NCBI GenBank assembly: GCA_014240375.1 | Contig: JAAZXB010000006.1 | Location: 45,592-109,591 of the forward strand | Origin: Planctomycetota bacterium | GTDB taxonomy: Bacteria; Planctomycetota; UBA8108; UBA1146 | Reading direction: 5' to 3' | DNA: 64,000 nucleotides | Shown here: piece after piece, positions 48,740-57,767 of the stretch | Layout: the number at the start of each line of letters is the position of its first letter | Position numbering within the stretch: the stretch's first letter is position 1 | Notes under the pieces: model-generated | What the model was told of the DNA's origin: nothing | The model's input: the letters and a program-made list of their open reading frames with translations, nothing else | The model's database searches: none | Program-made: the position numbers and the translations under genes

Positions 48740-49087
48740 TACAGCGTGAGATGCGTCCACCGACGCACCTCTGGCTGCCTTTCCTTTCGACCAAGGGGCC
48801 CACTTCATCCACTCCGCCTGAGACGGTTTTTCGGGCAATTTGAAGAATATCGGAACCGCTGGCGAATCGGTGGCGTTGATACGGATGTGCAGTGAGTCGG
48901 TCGCTAGTGCGAATCGATCTGCTGGCTCCGAGTTCGCTGCGACGATTCCAGGCACGCTGGTACGTCGACAGCGGCTCGCACATCTGTGAACTCACAGATC
49001 GGAGGCAGGGCCTCGAAGTCGCCTGCCTTGATGTTGAGCTTGTATAGAGGTACACTGACAACTTGAGTCCCACCTTTCAGAGCCCAT

Positions 49088-49131
49088 GAGGCGCGGCTGG
49101 TATCCTCTACCAGCAGCGCCTCTTTTTTTTT
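49088..49131 (+). terminator. Intrinsic terminator
   Basis: GAGGCGC-G-GCTGGTA / TACCAGC-A-GCGCCTC stem followed by T9. Confidence 0.85.
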
Positions 49132-49287
49132 AAATTTTTTTATTGTGGTGACGATTTCCCGACCAGAGTCCTCGGCATCGACCGATAGGAATTGATCGGA
49201 GTTCACCTGTATATCTTTGTAAAGCCAGATCGGGAACGACTCCGATCGACCGAATTGGCAGCCGCTCGATCGGGATGTCGAACTCGG

Positions 49288-50502
49288 TTAGCGGCGATTC
49301 GTTTCCGCGAGGCAGCGCTTCAGATGGTCGTCGAGGGCGCCAAACTGCGAGGAAAGATCATGAATCTCCGAGAGATGAGGACTCTTGAAGAAGAGTCCAC
49401 AGTGCTGCTGGAGGCCACGATCCCCTCGTTGGCGAGCCCATTCCAGTAGGCGGCATAGATCGAGAACCAGCGGAGCCGCCAGTACCGCATCGCATCCTTG
49501 CCAGGTGAACTGCATCGTCATCCGGTGACCGAGAAATCCCTCGAAGTGAATCAGATCCCAGGCGGTCTTGTTGTCTCCCAGACTCGGGACGTAATCGATG
49601 GTGACCTGACTGTGAACATCTTTACCGAGGATCTTCTCGATCAACTCCCCTTTGGATTCGATTTTGGTCTGACGATTTTCGCTGCAGGAGAGGACTTCCC
49701 CATCTCGATCTCCCAGCATGTTGTATCCCTGCCACGAGAGAACCTTCAGGGCGCGCTGGGAAAACATTGGCGCCAGAGCAGACTTGACCAGCGTCTCACC
49801 CGTCTTCCCATCGCTGCCCGCGAAGGGACAGCCCTTCTCTTCGAGCAACTCACAGGTGGCCGGCAGCAGTGCTGCGGGAGAGGGAGTGAAGTTGACGAAG
49901 GAAGCTCCGACCTGCGCCGCAGCGATGGCATACAGGGTGCTCGATCGAAACGCTTCGGTGGTCCCCTGTGCCAGTTGCTGCAGCAGCTCCGCTGCGGAAC
50001 CGTGTGACGGATGGGGGGGGAGCGCCGCTTCCGTGGATGAAAGGTTGACCACAACCACTCCCGAGAGATCATTTTCTTCGCGGAATTCTCTGAGGTCCTG
50101 TTCGATTCTCACCACCGCCTGTGCCGGATCCTCCACGATGCAATCGGGCTGGATTCCTTTGAGAGACAGGATCGCTTCTCCTGCATTGAAGAGGATTCCC
50201 GGTCGAATTCGATCGTCGACCTGTTCCAGTGTTGGCGCAATCTTAGCGATCAATTCTTGGCGAAGACTGCCGCTATCTGCGCAGATTGACCGCGCAGATT
50301 CGAGCAGTGATCCGTGGCGTACCTCGTGTCCTCCGATGATCAGGTCGTCGAGCGAGGGAAGTGGGCACTGCTCGAACATGGGAGTTTCGGTGAGAAGTCC
50401 GACACGATCTTCGAAGCCGTATTGGATGGCTGCGAGTCCTGCGATGACGGTGGTCGAGACACCACCTCGTGCTCCAACGAGCCATAGTCCGGTGCGGGAC
50501 AA
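49288..50502 (-). CDS. ino1: Myo-inositol-1-phosphate synthase family
   Basis: GARGGVSTT, VNLSSTE, FVNFTPS, GSDGKTGET, NMLGDRDG, CDAVLAAPLVLDL. Confidence 0.9.
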   Translation of the reverse strand: MSRTGLWLVGARGGVSTTVIAGLAAIQYGFEDRVGLLTETPMFEQCPLPSLDDLIIGGHEVRHGSLLESARSICADSGSLRQELIAKIAPTLEQVDDRIRPGILFNAGEAILSLKGIQPDCIVEDPAQAVVRIEQDLREFREENDLSGVVVVNLSSTEAALPPHPSHGSAAELLQQLAQGTTEAFRSSTLYAIAAAQVGASFVNFTPSPAALLPATCELLEEKGCPFAGSDGKTGETLVKSALAPMFSQRALKVLSWQGYNMLGDRDGEVLSCSENRQTKIESKGELIEKILGKDVHSQVTIDYVPSLGDNKTAWDLIHFEGFLGHRMTMQFTWQGCDAVLAAPLVLDLCRLLEWARQRGDRGLQQHCGLFFKSPHLSEIHDLSSQFGALDDHLKRCLAETNRR

Positions 50503-50577
50503 CTGGTGATCCTTCCCAAGAAAACGGGCCGGTCGCCCGGAAGGCGAACGGCCCGATCTCCCGACCTGGCTCAGAGA

Positions 50578-50805
50578 TTAGTGACGACGCAATTTTCTAC
50601 GCGAATCCTTCACGTCCTGTTTGCGGTCCTTCTTGCGCATCAGCTTCTCGAATTCACGCTGTTTGCGACGTTTCGCCTCGGATGGTTTCTCGTAGAAGCT
50701 GCGCTTCTTGATCTCCTTGAGGAGACCTTCCTTGGCGACGGTACGCTTGAATCGTTGCAGCAGTTTTTCTGGGGTTTCCCCGCTTCGCAGAGTGACGCGA
50801 ATCAA
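50578..50805 (-). CDS. rpsU: 30S ribosomal protein S21
   Basis: E..EKLLQRFKR...EG.LKEIKKR.FYEKPSE. Confidence 0.93.
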   Translation of the reverse strand: MIRVTLRSGETPEKLLQRFKRTVAKEGLLKEIKKRSFYEKPSEAKRRKQREFEKLMRKKDRKQDVKDSRRKLRRH

Positions 50806-51088
50806 ACCGGCTCACTTTCTCTAGGGCCAATAGGCCACTGCCATTCATCTTCGCCAGACCGATTCGATTTCGGTTCTGGAAGTTCCTGACCGGACCACCC
50901 TGCGGGAATCGCCCCGGGTCTTTCCTTCAGGAACCGTGGAGTGTAGGGGATCGGTGGAGATCTGACAAGGGAAGCGGAATGGACCGATCGGATTCGACTG
51001 GAGGCTGGACTCAGCCATCCTGGCCGTGCAGGATCGCCATGGCAGGGGGAGAGGAGCCCAACTGGTGCATCAGGGACCAAACCAACCG

Positions 51089-52756
51089 TTGGCGCGGGCC
51101 GACCGCCTTTCCCGGAGTTATGGGATGGCGTTGCTGGGGGGCCTCTTGGTGCCTCTCTCCTTCGAGCCGTGGGGGCTGGCGAGCCTCTTGCCGATCTCCA
51201 TCTGGCTGCTGGCGAGGTCTCTCGAGCAGCGTGACTGGCGCACAGGCCTGCGGATCGGCTGGATCTTCGGGCTGGCGGTGGAGGGGCTTTCCACGCCATG
51301 GCTCGGCAATGCGGTGCAAAAATATCTGGGCATCTTCGTCATCGGGGATCCCGATTCGCTGCTGGCGCTGCTGGCAGGGATCGGCGCCTTTCTGTTGTGG
51401 TGGCCCCTGGCAGCACTCGGTTGGGGTCTTGTGGGCGCCAGTATCGCAGCGGGACCGGCCCGAGGTGCCGGTCGCTGGCTGCTGGCTGGTCTCGCCATCG
51501 TGGTGCTGGAATCGTGGTGGCCACGGGTCTTCCCCTGGTCGCTGGGCAGTGCGCTGGCGACTCCAGACCGAACACTGGGTTGGTGGTGCCTGAGCACCTT
51601 CGGAGTCGAGGGGGTCTCGCTGCTGCTGGTTCTGTCCGGTTTCATCGCAGCATCCGCCAGCCCCTCCTTTCCCCGCCACTGGCGGCACAGTTGGCGCTGG
51701 TTGGCGGCATTGCTGTGGATCGCGGTCCCGCTCCTCTCGGGGTCCACAGCCGCTGAGATTTCACCGCAGGAAGTGCCCGCAGGAGCGCCACAGCTGGTCT
51801 CCATCGTGCAGCCGGCGATTTCCCTGGAAACCCGCCATCGAGGAGACGAAGCGGCTCAGGCTCAGCAGTTGGCGACGATTCGGCAGTGGATCGAGCGGGC
51901 ATCGGATGGCGATGGTCGAACGGCCGATCTGGTCATCTTGCCGGAAGCGATCTTGCCTGGAGTGTGGCGAGAAGCTTGGTTGACCGCGTGGCTCGATCCG
52001 TGGCTCACAGCACCGCTGGTGGTCGGTTTTACCCGGGCTCATCCAGAGGGCTATGCCAACTCTGTCGGCTTCTATCCCGCCGCTGGAACGGGGGAATCGC
52101 CCGCGGGTGAAGCGAGGACTCGAGGGGCGGGGCTGGCGCAACTGGCAGACAAGAAGGTGCTGGTACCGTTCGGAGAGAGGATTCCACTGGGCGGACTGAT
52201 CTCAGCGCTGGGCATCGATCTTCCACTGGTCGACCTGATTCCCGCGAGCCAGCAAACCGTCTTCCGCGATGCGGTTCTTGCAGCACCGCTGGGAGTCTCC
52301 ATCTGCTACGAAGGGATCCTCGCCGAGCCGATCTTCGAGACCATCGAGGGGGGGGCACGTTGGCACGTCAATCTGACCGAGGATCTGTGGTACGGCGACT
52401 GGATCGAACCGGCGCAACATCTGCAGTTGCAGCGATCGCGAGCGATCGAGAGCCAACTGCTGTGGCTGCGAAGCGCCAATGCGGGGATCAGTGCCATCAT
52501 CGATCCCACCCCGGCGGGACTGCGCGGTGTCACGGCGATTCGCCGCTGGTCCGATGGACGCTGGTCGCGATGGCGACCGACCGATGTTGGAGAGCCGCTC
52601 GAACTGGCGATGGGACAGCCCTCCATCTTGCAGGCGCGCATCGAACACTGGCCTGTTCCGTCCAACCCTGGTTGGAGGAGAGTGCTGCGCTGGGGATCTC
52701 TCCCCGGTGCTCTGCTGTGGCTGACTCTCCTGTGGTTCCGGAAAAAAAAGGGATAG
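51089..52756 (+). CDS. lnt: Apolipoprotein N-acyltransferase (start uncertain)
   Basis: SFEPW, FPW.LG, VQP, LPEA, K..LVPFGE, ICYE, RSANAGISA. Confidence 0.9.
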   Translation: MARADRLSRSYGMALLGGLLVPLSFEPWGLASLLPISIWLLARSLEQRDWRTGLRIGWIFGLAVEGLSTPWLGNAVQKYLGIFVIGDPDSLLALLAGIGAFLLWWPLAALGWGLVGASIAAGPARGAGRWLLAGLAIVVLESWWPRVFPWSLGSALATPDRTLGWWCLSTFGVEGVSLLLVLSGFIAASASPSFPRHWRHSWRWLAALLWIAVPLLSGSTAAEISPQEVPAGAPQLVSIVQPAISLETRHRGDEAAQAQQLATIRQWIERASDGDGRTADLVILPEAILPGVWREAWLTAWLDPWLTAPLVVGFTRAHPEGYANSVGFYPAAGTGESPAGEARTRGAGLAQLADKKVLVPFGERIPLGGLISALGIDLPLVDLIPASQQTVFRDAVLAAPLGVSICYEGILAEPIFETIEGGARWHVNLTEDLWYGDWIEPAQHLQLQRSRAIESQLLWLRSANAGISAIIDPTPAGLRGVTAIRRWSDGRWSRWRPTDVGEPLELAMGQPSILQARIEHWPVPSNPGWRRVLRWGSLPGALLWLTLLWFRKKKG

Positions 52757-52782
52757 TGTCCGTCTGAGGACCCGATCTCGGC

Positions 52783-52810
52783 TTGACTAGCAGAAACAAT
52801 GCCGTAACAT
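52783..52810 (+). promoter_or_regulatory. Putative sigma70 promoter for rpoN
   Basis: TTGACT-N16-TAACAT in the AT-richer intergenic region. Confidence 0.4.
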
Positions 52811-53009
52811 CGAATATTAGCGAAATTGCTCTAGGTCACTTGTTCGCATGGACTTGTGAAGTGCCATTGTGCTCGTACTGAGCGCTACTCCCGTTCCAGC
52901 AAAATGGTGGCCGAAAAAGGGTCTGTAACGGTCTGTAACGGGGAAGAGGGTCTTCTCCAGCACTCGATCTGGGCGGGGACCGAAGACCAGCGTGAAGGGA
53001 AAGCAGCGG

Positions 53010-54527
53010 ATGAGACTCAACACCGGCCTTTTCCAGCAGCAGACCCAGAAACAGATCCTCTCTCCCCAGATGATCCAGTCGATGGAGATCCTGGTGCTCA
53101 ACCAGCAACAGTTGGAAGAGCGCATCTCGGATGAACTGGAGGAGAATGTCACCCTCGAGCGGGAGGAGTCGGGTGCCGAAGGTTCAGCCAGTGAGGCGAT
53201 CGGCCTCGACCGGGAGAGTGATTTCACCGAAACATCCGCCGAAGATCTCGCAGGCCAGCAGGAGTTGACCGATCTGACCGAGCGCTATGAGCAGTTGCGA
53301 GAGCTCCAGCAAGCAGACTTCTGGTCTGAATCTTCTCCGATGCAGAAATCGTCAGGAATCGATGACGAGGACTCCTTTGAACTGATCGAGAATACCGAGG
53401 GCCGACCACAGTCGCTTCCACAGTTTCTGGTCGATCAGCTGAGTCTGAAAAGTCGTATCGATCTGCGACAGAGGGGGCTCTGTGAGGAGATCATCTACAA
53501 CCTCGATGATCGGGGTTGGTTGATCCATTCGATCGAAGAGATTCACAACGCATTGGTTTCTGGAATCGAGCTGCCGGGAAGCGATCCGCGCCTGGCAGGC
53601 AAATCTCCACTCCTCGAGGAGGTTCTCGCTGCACTGGAACAGGTGCAGCAACTCGATCCGGTCGGCGTTGGAGCCCGTGATCTGATCGATTGCCTCTGCA
53701 TTCAGTTACATCGCGACCCCGGTGAAAACCAGCTGGAAGAGCAGATGGTCCGCCATCACCTCGATGATCTGGCGCACAATCGATTACCCCACATTGTACG
53801 GGCCACCGGGCATTCCCTCGAAGAGGTCAAGGTGGCGGTGGATGTGATTCGATCGCTGGAACCGATCCCGGGCAGGCACTTTCGCCAGGAGCCCAATGCA
53901 CGAGTGGTCCCGGATGTGATCATCCACGAGGATGAAAATGGCCAGTTCAAAGTTGAGATCAATTCCTCTTCGGTTCCGCGCCTGAAGATTTCTCCTCATT
54001 ATCATCAACTGTTGAAGTCCGCTCGCAAGGATCCGGAACTACGCAAGTACCTGAAGAAGCGGATCGAGAATGCCGAGTGGTTGATGGGAGCGGTGCAGCA
54101 GCGTAGCTCGACTCTTCAGCGAGTTGCGGAAGAGGTGGTCCAGCGGCAAGTACGTTACTTCCGTGAAGGAGATCGGCACCTGCAACCGCTTCGGATGCAG
54201 GATGTTGCAGACACCGTAGGGGTCAATGTTTCGACGGTGAGCCGGGCGATCTCGGGCAAATGGTTCCAGGCTCCCGGGATGATTCGAGAACTGAGAAGCC
54301 TCTTCACCAGCGGCACGGTACGAGACGATGGTTCTCAGGAGTCTCGCGGTGGGGTGATCGCCCGCATCCAGGACCTGGTCAAGGGTGAGGATTCTCGCAA
54401 ACCACTCAGCGATGCCCAGATCGTCAAAGAACTCGCCGAGAAGGGGGTACGGATCTCTCGACGAACCGTTACCAAGTACCGTGAGGCGGAGGGGATCCCC
54501 TCGTCACGGGAGCGTCGGCAGTACTAG
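53010..54527 (+). CDS. rpoN: RNA polymerase sigma-54 factor
   Basis: Gln-rich region I, DPVGVGARDL, STVSRAISGK, KPLSD, RpoN box SRRTVTKYRE. Confidence 0.96.
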   Translation: MRLNTGLFQQQTQKQILSPQMIQSMEILVLNQQQLEERISDELEENVTLEREESGAEGSASEAIGLDRESDFTETSAEDLAGQQELTDLTERYEQLRELQQADFWSESSPMQKSSGIDDEDSFELIENTEGRPQSLPQFLVDQLSLKSRIDLRQRGLCEEIIYNLDDRGWLIHSIEEIHNALVSGIELPGSDPRLAGKSPLLEEVLAALEQVQQLDPVGVGARDLIDCLCIQLHRDPGENQLEEQMVRHHLDDLAHNRLPHIVRATGHSLEEVKVAVDVIRSLEPIPGRHFRQEPNARVVPDVIIHEDENGQFKVEINSSSVPRLKISPHYHQLLKSARKDPELRKYLKKRIENAEWLMGAVQQRSSTLQRVAEEVVQRQVRYFREGDRHLQPLRMQDVADTVGVNVSTVSRAISGKWFQAPGMIRELRSLFTSGTVRDDGSQESRGGVIARIQDLVKGEDSRKPLSDAQIVKELAEKGVRISRRTVTKYREAEGIPSSRERRQY

Positions 54528-54658
54528 TTCTCTCGCGTATCCCACCCAAAAATCCCCCGGTTCTGCTCCAGGCAATCGATGGCTCCGGACAATTTCCTGT
54601 TATCCTGCCCACTTCCGACAATGTCACTTGTGGCCCCCGCAGGAGTTGATCAGCACCG

Positions 54659-55585
54659 ATGATCGAGGTTGAAAATCTCTCTAGAAGTTACGGTAGCCGC
54701 AAGGCGCTGGATTCCATCAGTTTCCAGGTCCCGTTCGGCTCGGTGACCGGTTTCCTGGGACCCAATGGTGCGGGAAAAACCACCACCCTGCGGGTACTGA
54801 CCAGCTGGCTCTTGCCCGACCCGGGAACCGAGAAGGTGATGGTTTGCGGGGTCGATCTACTGCGAGAACCACGACTCGCTTGCCGCAAGGTCGGGGCATT
54901 ACTCGAGCAATTACCCTTGCCCGGTGAGTTGCGAGTTTGCGAGTTCCTCCACTCGAGAGCGCGCCTCAAGGGAATCTCCGGGTCGCAGATTTCAGCCGAG
55001 ATCCAGCGAGTTCTGGAAGACGTCGATGCTCTGGATGCGAGTCGCCGCGGCATCGGAACCCTGTCGCAGGGCTATCGTCAACGGATCGGCCTGGCCGATG
55101 CACTGCTGGGAGATCCACCGGTGTTGCTGCTCGACGAGCCGACTCGTGGCCTCGATCCGAGGCAAGTAGCGCTGTTTCGAGACCTGATCGATCGCCTTCG
55201 TCATCAGCACACCATCATCCTCTCCAGTCATGTGCTGGGGGAGGTGGAACAGATTTGTGATCGAGTGTGCATGATTTCCGCGGGCAAGATCTGTCTCGAT
55301 GAAGATCGAGAAGCGTGGACCCGGCGTCTGGAAATATCCGGTACCACCCGGGTCGAAGTGGTCGATGGGTCCGACGATGTCGCTGTGGGACTGGCAACTC
55401 TCGATGGTGTGAGCGAGGTCCTGACCGACGGGTCGGGGTGGATCCTTCAGGGGGATCGTGATCTGCGCCGGTCGATTGGAGAACTGGCCCGCCAGAAAGA
55501 ATGGGTCCTCTCCGAACTGAGTACCGATCCAGCCACTCTGGAATCACTATTTCTGCAACTGACCGATCCGGGAGAGGAATCATGA
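54659..55585 (+). CDS. ABC ATP-binding protein (GldA-like)
   Basis: GPNGAGKTT, LSQGYRQR, LLDEPT, SSHVL. Confidence 0.93.
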   Translation: MIEVENLSRSYGSRKALDSISFQVPFGSVTGFLGPNGAGKTTTLRVLTSWLLPDPGTEKVMVCGVDLLREPRLACRKVGALLEQLPLPGELRVCEFLHSRARLKGISGSQISAEIQRVLEDVDALDASRRGIGTLSQGYRQRIGLADALLGDPPVLLLDEPTRGLDPRQVALFRDLIDRLRHQHTIILSSHVLGEVEQICDRVCMISAGKICLDEDREAWTRRLEISGTTRVEVVDGSDDVAVGLATLDGVSEVLTDGSGWILQGDRDLRRSIGELARQKEWVLSELSTDPATLESLFLQLTDPGEES

Positions 55586-56313
55586 TGCGGGTGGCATCCC
55601 TCGCCAAGAGGGAACTACTGACCCTCTTCGTCTCGCCGGTGGCGTGGACCATCACCTTCGTCTTCCTGCTGGTGATGGGGATGACTTTTCATCTGTCCTT
55701 GTTGTCGGTCGGGGGAGATCTTCAGCAACTGGTCCCGGCGATCTACAGTGGCTATCTTTTCTGGTTCATGATGCTGATCTTTCCACCACTCATCACGATG
55801 AGAACCCTGGCGGAAGAGCGCCGCACGGGTTCACTCGAGATGCTGGTCACTACCGGGATCGCCGATACCACGGTGATCACCGCCAAGTGGATCTCGACCT
55901 GGATCTTCTTCCTGTTCTTGTGGCTTTGCATGCTGCCGCTGTGGCTTCTGCTCGATGGTGTTGGCCAGGTCGACTTCGGCGTCTTGCTGTCCGCGCATCT
56001 TGGCATCGCCCTGGTCGGAGCCGGATTCTGTGCCGCGGGGATTCTCGCCTCCTCCTTGACCTCTCACCCGCTCGCCTCTGCCGGATTGGCCCTGGCGATC
56101 AACCTGGTGCTGTTTCTGGTCGAGTGGCTTCGATTTCTCTACGAGCCGGGAGACTTGCAACTTCGTTGGATCGAGCACTTCAGTGCCGTGCATCACATCG
56201 GTGCAGAGATGACCCGCGGAATCGTCGATCTGAGGGTGCCGATCTGGTGGGTTTCCTTCACCATCTTGATGCTCTTCCTCTCCACCAAGGTGCTGGAGAG
56301 GAGGCGCTGGTGA
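55582..56313 (+). CDS. ABC permease (GldF-like)
   Basis: AKRELLTLFVSPVAW, TMRTLAEERRTGSLEML, VLERRRW. Confidence 0.9.
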   Translation: MMRVASLAKRELLTLFVSPVAWTITFVFLLVMGMTFHLSLLSVGGDLQQLVPAIYSGYLFWFMMLIFPPLITMRTLAEERRTGSLEMLVTTGIADTTVITAKWISTWIFFLFLWLCMLPLWLLLDGVGQVDFGVLLSAHLGIALVGAGFCAAGILASSLTSHPLASAGLALAINLVLFLVEWLRFLYEPGDLQLRWIEHFSAVHHIGAEMTRGIVDLRVPIWWVSFTILMLFLSTKVLERRRW

Positions 56314-57767
56314 TCGACTTCATCCGAACACGTCGTCTCCGCACCAGGATCCAGGTCCCGCTGCAGATCTTTCTGCTGATGTGGATCGTCTGGGCCATCA
56401 ACCTCTGGTCTTTTCACGACTCCATCCGTAGCGACTGGAGCCAGCAAGCTCAGATGGCGGTGACACCGTCCGATCGGGCTCTGCTGGACGCTCTGCCTCG
56501 ATCGGTCGATGTGGTGATTCCGGTCGATCTACCGCCCACCGCAGCGGGTCGGGTGAGAGCTCGGGTTCTGCTCCAGGCGCTGCGCTGGATCGGTGAACTG
56601 AGCCGAACCGCTCCCGATGCCTTGTCGCCACCGATTCAGGTCGATGTGAATCGCCAGGCGGATCGCTGGGAGTTGCTGCGCAATGCCCGTGGCCTCGAGG
56701 CGGATGCCATCAACAAGATCCACTTCTTCTGCGGGGAGCGGCGACTGGCGCTCGATGTGGAGGAACTCGCCATCATCCGGGAGCCGACGCTGATGGAACC
56801 GGAGGCGGTGGCTCGTATCGTCGTCGATCGTGTTCGAGAAGCGGTCGAGGCGGCCTTGCGACAGGTCGCCACCGATCAGGCTACCGAGATACGCATCAGC
56901 CAGGGCAGTGGTGAACCGCCACTGAACTCATCGAGGGGGCCGAGTCTGGTCGCGATGGTGAGGGATCTGCAACAGAGGGGCGCTCGAGTGGCGGGTCACT
57001 CCTTGGCCAGCATCGAGACCATCGATGAGGAAGCCGATCTGCTGGTGGTCCTGGGTGGTGGAGTCCAGCGCTTCGATGCGTTGTCGTCTTCGGTCCGCAG
57101 AGAGGTCGAGAGATTCCTGGCTGAAGGAGGCGGGGTGCTACTACTGCTTCCGGCCAGCGGAGAAACCGGTCTCGAAGAATTGATGGCTGACGTTGGAATC
57201 TCGGTGCTCCCTGGCCTCGCTGCGCAGGTCACGGCGGTGCCCAATCGAGCGGTCCAATCGTCATTTTCGGTGGTCGGAGAACGACTCGATCGGTTCCATC
57301 CGATCACGGCACCGATGATCGGTGAGAGGTTTGCCGCCCGCTGGACTCCGAGTCGTGTACTCGAGGTGACCCAGCCTGCCACCGCCTTGCTCTCGACCGG
57401 TCCTTCCGCCTGGTTGGAGCGCGACCGGATCTCCGCTCGCAGAGATGTGGAGGAACTTCCCGGACCGCAGATTCTGGCAGCGGCGGCACCGGTGGGCGAG
57501 GGCCGACTGGTGGTGGTGGGGAACTGGAACACGACGCTGTCCAACCTGTGGACCGGAGACGCGAGAAGGTTTCTGCTGGCCTGCTGCGACTGGGCTGCCG
57601 GACGCGATCTGTTGCCGGCGGGAGCGGGGAGGGAACCACTCTCCTTTCGCATCGAACTCGATGAGAGACTGCGCCGGTCCTTCTTCTGGACCTCCTTTGC
57701 TGTGTTGCCCGGCTGCGCCTTGATCGGCGGTTTGTTGGTGGCCTGGGCCCGAAGGAGGGACCGATGA
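56310..57767 (+). CDS. GldG-like ABC auxiliary component
   Basis: N-terminal TM then RSDWS; QGSGEP; FLAEGGGVLLL; HPIT; C-terminal TM plus WARRRDR. Confidence 0.78.
   Translation: MIDFIRTRRLRTRIQVPLQIFLLMWIVWAINLWSFHDSIRSDWSQQAQMAVTPSDRALLDALPRSVDVVIPVDLPPTAAGRVRARVLLQALRWIGELSRTAPDALSPPIQVDVNRQADRWELLRNARGLEADAINKIHFFCGERRLALDVEELAIIREPTLMEPEAVARIVVDRVREAVEAALRQVATDQATEIRISQGSGEPPLNSSRGPSLVAMVRDLQQRGARVAGHSLASIETIDEEADLLVVLGGGVQRFDALSSSVRREVERFLAEGGGVLLLLPASGETGLEELMADVGISVLPGLAAQVTAVPNRAVQSSFSVVGERLDRFHPITAPMIGERFAARWTPSRVLEVTQPATALLSTGPSAWLERDRISARRDVEELPGPQILAAAAPVGEGRLVVVGNWNTTLSNLWTGDARRFLLACCDWAAGRDLLPAGAGREPLSFRIELDERLRRSFFWTSFAVLPGCALIGGLLVAWARRRDR

Noticed and set aside
49040-49090. 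c-di-GMP-I riboswitch on the minus strand (GAAAGGTGGGAC)
   Set aside because: Lacks the upstream GGCAAAC and GCAAAGC context, and there is no credible downstream gene
48287-49206. Minus-strand ORFs 48287-48955, 48690-49073 and 48904-49206 as a frameshifted gene
   Set aside because: They read through tandem repeats, a poly-A tract and the antisense of the thioredoxin-like gene; no recognisable motifs
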